In this document: in pieces, positions 62,501 to 64,000 of the stretch | Layout: each line of letters begins with the position of its first letter | How positions within the stretch are numbered: the stretch's first letter is position 1 | Assembly: GCF_964355755.1 (NCBI RefSeq) | Contig: NC_092671.1 | Location: 38,636,304 to 38,700,303 of the forward strand | Direction: 5' to 3' | Source of the DNA: Antedon mediterranea | Taxonomy: Eukaryota > Animalia > Echinodermata | DNA: 64,000 bases | The notes under the pieces: generated by a model | What the model saw: the letters and a program-made list of their open reading frames with translations, nothing else | What the model was told of the DNA's origin: nothing | The model's database searches: none | Position numbers and translations under genes: made by a program

Positions 62501-63758
62501 GGTCCTGGGTTCAAGTCCTGTCAAATGTCAGGATTTTTTCTAATGACAAATCACAACTCCACTCTCAAAGACTTGTAATAAGACTTTGTTTATGTAGTAT
62601 ATGTTTGTCTTGTCAACAGGATTGCCACCTTTAAGAAGGATAGTGAATGAATTCGCTTATGGTATCCTTAATATAAATTTTAAAAAGGGATGATCCAAGG
62701 ATGGGTTCTATTTCTTTTACCTAATGAATAAATGCACTTAATAATTTGTAATAGAGTTTTATAAAAACAAATCTTGTAGGTCGTAATCCTTATTGCATTG
62801 ACAAGAACTATGCTGGTACATTCATTATCTGGGACAGAATGTTTGGTAAGTATACAAGGTTATTACTCTTTTTACAATTATTAAAAACTGCTCATAAACA
62901 CATTCTCATCCCAACAACTTATTTCACAATGTTCATTCTACTTGATTGATGTCTGGTTAAAAAACTACTATAAATAGTGGAACTGTAGCTTGGTGGTTAA
63001 TGTGCTTGCCTTCCAATCCCAAGGTCCAGGGTTCAATCCTAGTGCCAGGGTTGTAACTCACAACTCTTTCAACTCCTAAGCCTCAAATTAGATTTTATAA
63101 GCAGGATAAATTATAAATAGTTTCTCCAGCCTGTAATTGGCGAGTTACTCGCTGTTGGATGCGTACAAAATAATTTTTATAAAAAGAAATTCACCTTAAC
63201 AATTATTTCTGGTCAAAAATAGAATTTGGTGATACAAATTCGTAAAAATGTAAGAAAAAAGATTTTTTTTTTTTTCTTTTTGATTAGGAACATTCCAGGC
63301 TGAAGAGGAGAAGGTGGTTTATGGACTAACACATCCAATAAATTCTTGGAACCCTGTTTGGATTCAGGTAAAAATATTATTGAAAGCCACCAAAATGATT
63401 GACTTTTTAAAAGAAAAAGGACCTGGAAATAAGCTTTTTAAAAGCTATATATTTCCAACCGTGACCAATGTACTAATCTCCAATTTTTACCCTTGTATTC
63501 AAGTGCTCTCTTCTCGGACCTCTTTTCAATCATGTAAACGATTTGTATTTGCATCCAACAGACAACTGATGTTCTTAACATTGGAATACATTATATAACT
63601 TTTAATGGTTTTAATACTCATAGGTTTGTCATTTACACCACATTATGAAGACTGTTTGGACTACTTCTGGATTTAAAAACAAGTTATCTGTAATCTTTAA
63701 TGGACCTGGTTGGATGCCTGGCACTCCTCGACTGGGCAACCCAGAAGATATTCCAAAG
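59594..63758 (+). CDS. AGMO: Alkylglycerol monooxygenase, 5' part. Exons 59594-59710, 60067-60194, 60660-60811, 61192-61295, 61653-61748, 62199-62265, 62780-62845, 63288-63367, 63624-63758; continues past the window
   Basis: [99 protein letters not shown] introns with consistent phase. Confidence 0.95.
60853..60930. repeat. 19-bp minisatellite, 4 copies
   Basis: cccttgttggagagacacg repeated. Confidence 0.85.
61047..61073. mobile_element. 27-bp P-like hairpin footprint (CATGGAGG family) with degenerate 8-bp TSD
   Basis: ttcctaac|catggaggtatataatatacatccgtg|gtcctaat. Confidence 0.45.
62455..62640 (+). mobile_element. Degenerate tRNA-derived SINE; related head at ~62977-63060
   Basis: A box TGGCTTGGTGG and B box GGTTCAAGTCC in both copies; the acceptor stems do not pair. 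Confidence 0.6.
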
Positions 63759-64000
63759 GTAGGAGAACCAGGCTCACATTCATTCATTTTTGTGAAGGAT
63801 TAAAGAAGAAGACAAATAATTTATTTGTAAAGATTTTATTAAATAGATTTTTCAAAACAATTCTTCCTTTTTCAATCGATCAATCAATGTAACATTTATT
63901 TCTCTAATTTCATAGTAGATAAAATTAACAGTAAATATGATTAAAATAAGAGGGGCAACATTCCAAAAAAGCGAAGCTTGTATAAGGCAGCCCATTTCCA

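Noticed and set aside
62455-63060. Two tRNA genes
   Set aside because: A and B boxes are present but the stems do not pair into a cloverleaf; better explained as SINE heads.

Overview
AT-rich, intron-rich animal genomic DNA. An invertebrate deuterostome such as an echinoderm is my inference; it is not established. The first ~22.4 kb looks like one very large CMC/EnSpm-type DNA transposon lying in an intron of MSMO1, with its left end outside the window. It contains a decayed spliced gene, a 5'-truncated LINE, a ~1.65-kb tandem array interrupted by a Sola1-type element, and a 180-bp subterminal satellite interrupted by an intact two-ORF LINE. The rest is a compact gene cluster: MSMO1 (+, 3' part), ATP6V1F (-), TMUB (+), LASP (-), PSMD3 (-) and AGMO (+, 5' part). 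Their exons were reconstructed by hand from GT-AG signals and reading phase. The cluster is dense with Harbinger/Kolobok-type MITEs and tRNA-, CORE- and 5S-derived SINEs. Most interesting: (1) LASP has two duplicated alternative first exons, each encoding a different first half of the LIM domain, plus a 522-nt repeat cassette exon and microexon candidates in a TGCATG-rich intron; (2) several 20-52-bp hairpins with 7-8-bp target duplications look like P-element excision footprints; (3) the nested giant transposon. No prokaryotic systems or CRISPR arrays. All family assignments come from recognition of motifs, not database searches.
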